Shown: one piece after another, positions 63,610 to 64,000 of the stretch
How the letters are laid out: the number at the start of each line of letters is the position of its first letter
Position numbering within the stretch: position 1 is the stretch's first letter
From: Dipteris shenzhenensis
Lineage: Eukaryota
Assembly: GCA_047967505.1 (NCBI GenBank)
Contig: CM106538.1
Reading direction: 5' to 3' (one strand)
Length of the DNA stretch: 64,000 nt
Made by a program: the position numbers and the translations under genes
The notes under the pieces: generated by a model
Database searches by the model: none
Told to the model about the DNA's origin: nothing
Seen by the model: only the letters and a program-made list of their open reading frames with translations

Positions 63610-64000
63610 CCACCTCCCTTGCCCTCCCTCGCCCTCCCTCGCCCCCCCCGCTGCTCTCCCCCTCCCTGTTGCCCCCTTCTCCTCTGCCCTCCCTCTCCCC
63701 CGCCAGCCCACCCGCCCCCTTCTCCTCCCCCGCCCCCTCCCTCCCCCACGCTCTCCCCCCCCCCGCTACTCTCCCCCCCAAGGTGACCCCCCCCGGAAAA
63801 AAAAAAAGTAAATTAAAAAAATTAAAAAACCTCCTCCCTCTCCCTCCCTGCCCCCTTCCTTCCTATCTCAGCTCCCCACGCCTCCCCCTCAGCCTACCTC
63901 TGTCTCCCCTCTCTCCTCCCCTCTCTTTCTCCTTCTTCCTGCCCCTCTCTTTTCCTTCCCTTCCCCTCTCTCCTACCCTCTCTTTCTCCTTCTTCTTGCG
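63610..64000. repeat. Polypyrimidine/polypurine low-complexity tract, runs off the window
   Basis: Almost purely C/T on the + strand, with one A-rich interruption at 63797-63829. Confidence 0.9.

Noticed and set aside
63455-63811. Pro-rich or Gly-rich ORFs from low-complexity tracts (also 23593..23910, 38805..39245, 7171..7479, 62102..62383)
   Set aside because: Translations of C/T-rich tracts or microsatellites, with no coding evidence.

Overview
Eukaryotic, land-plant-type genomic DNA, almost entirely nested and decayed retrotransposons. The element types and very long TE-filled introns suggest a large-genome plant such as a fern; that is an inference. Main contents: (1) a near full-length but inactivated L1-clade LINE (1-7326, +); (2) many fragments of other L1 families, three with target-site duplications; (3) a structurally complete Ty1/copia element (42178-47729) with LTRs, PBS, PPT and a 5-bp TSD, plus an older copia element (30071-33966) carrying an internal inversion; (4) several Ty3/gypsy remnants, one with an extra ORF downstream of pol; (5) a 9-bp-TSD Mutator-like insertion and other non-autonomous insertions; (6) RTE-like LINE remnants. 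Hidden among these, and mostly absent from the ORF track, are seven small phase-consistent exons of a + strand host gene encoding a coiled-coil protein. It has one 16.1-kb intron and probably a GC-AG intron. Chains of well-formed minus-strand splice sites in the TE-free islands suggest a spliced antisense transcript. No rRNA, tRNA or CRISPR array was found.
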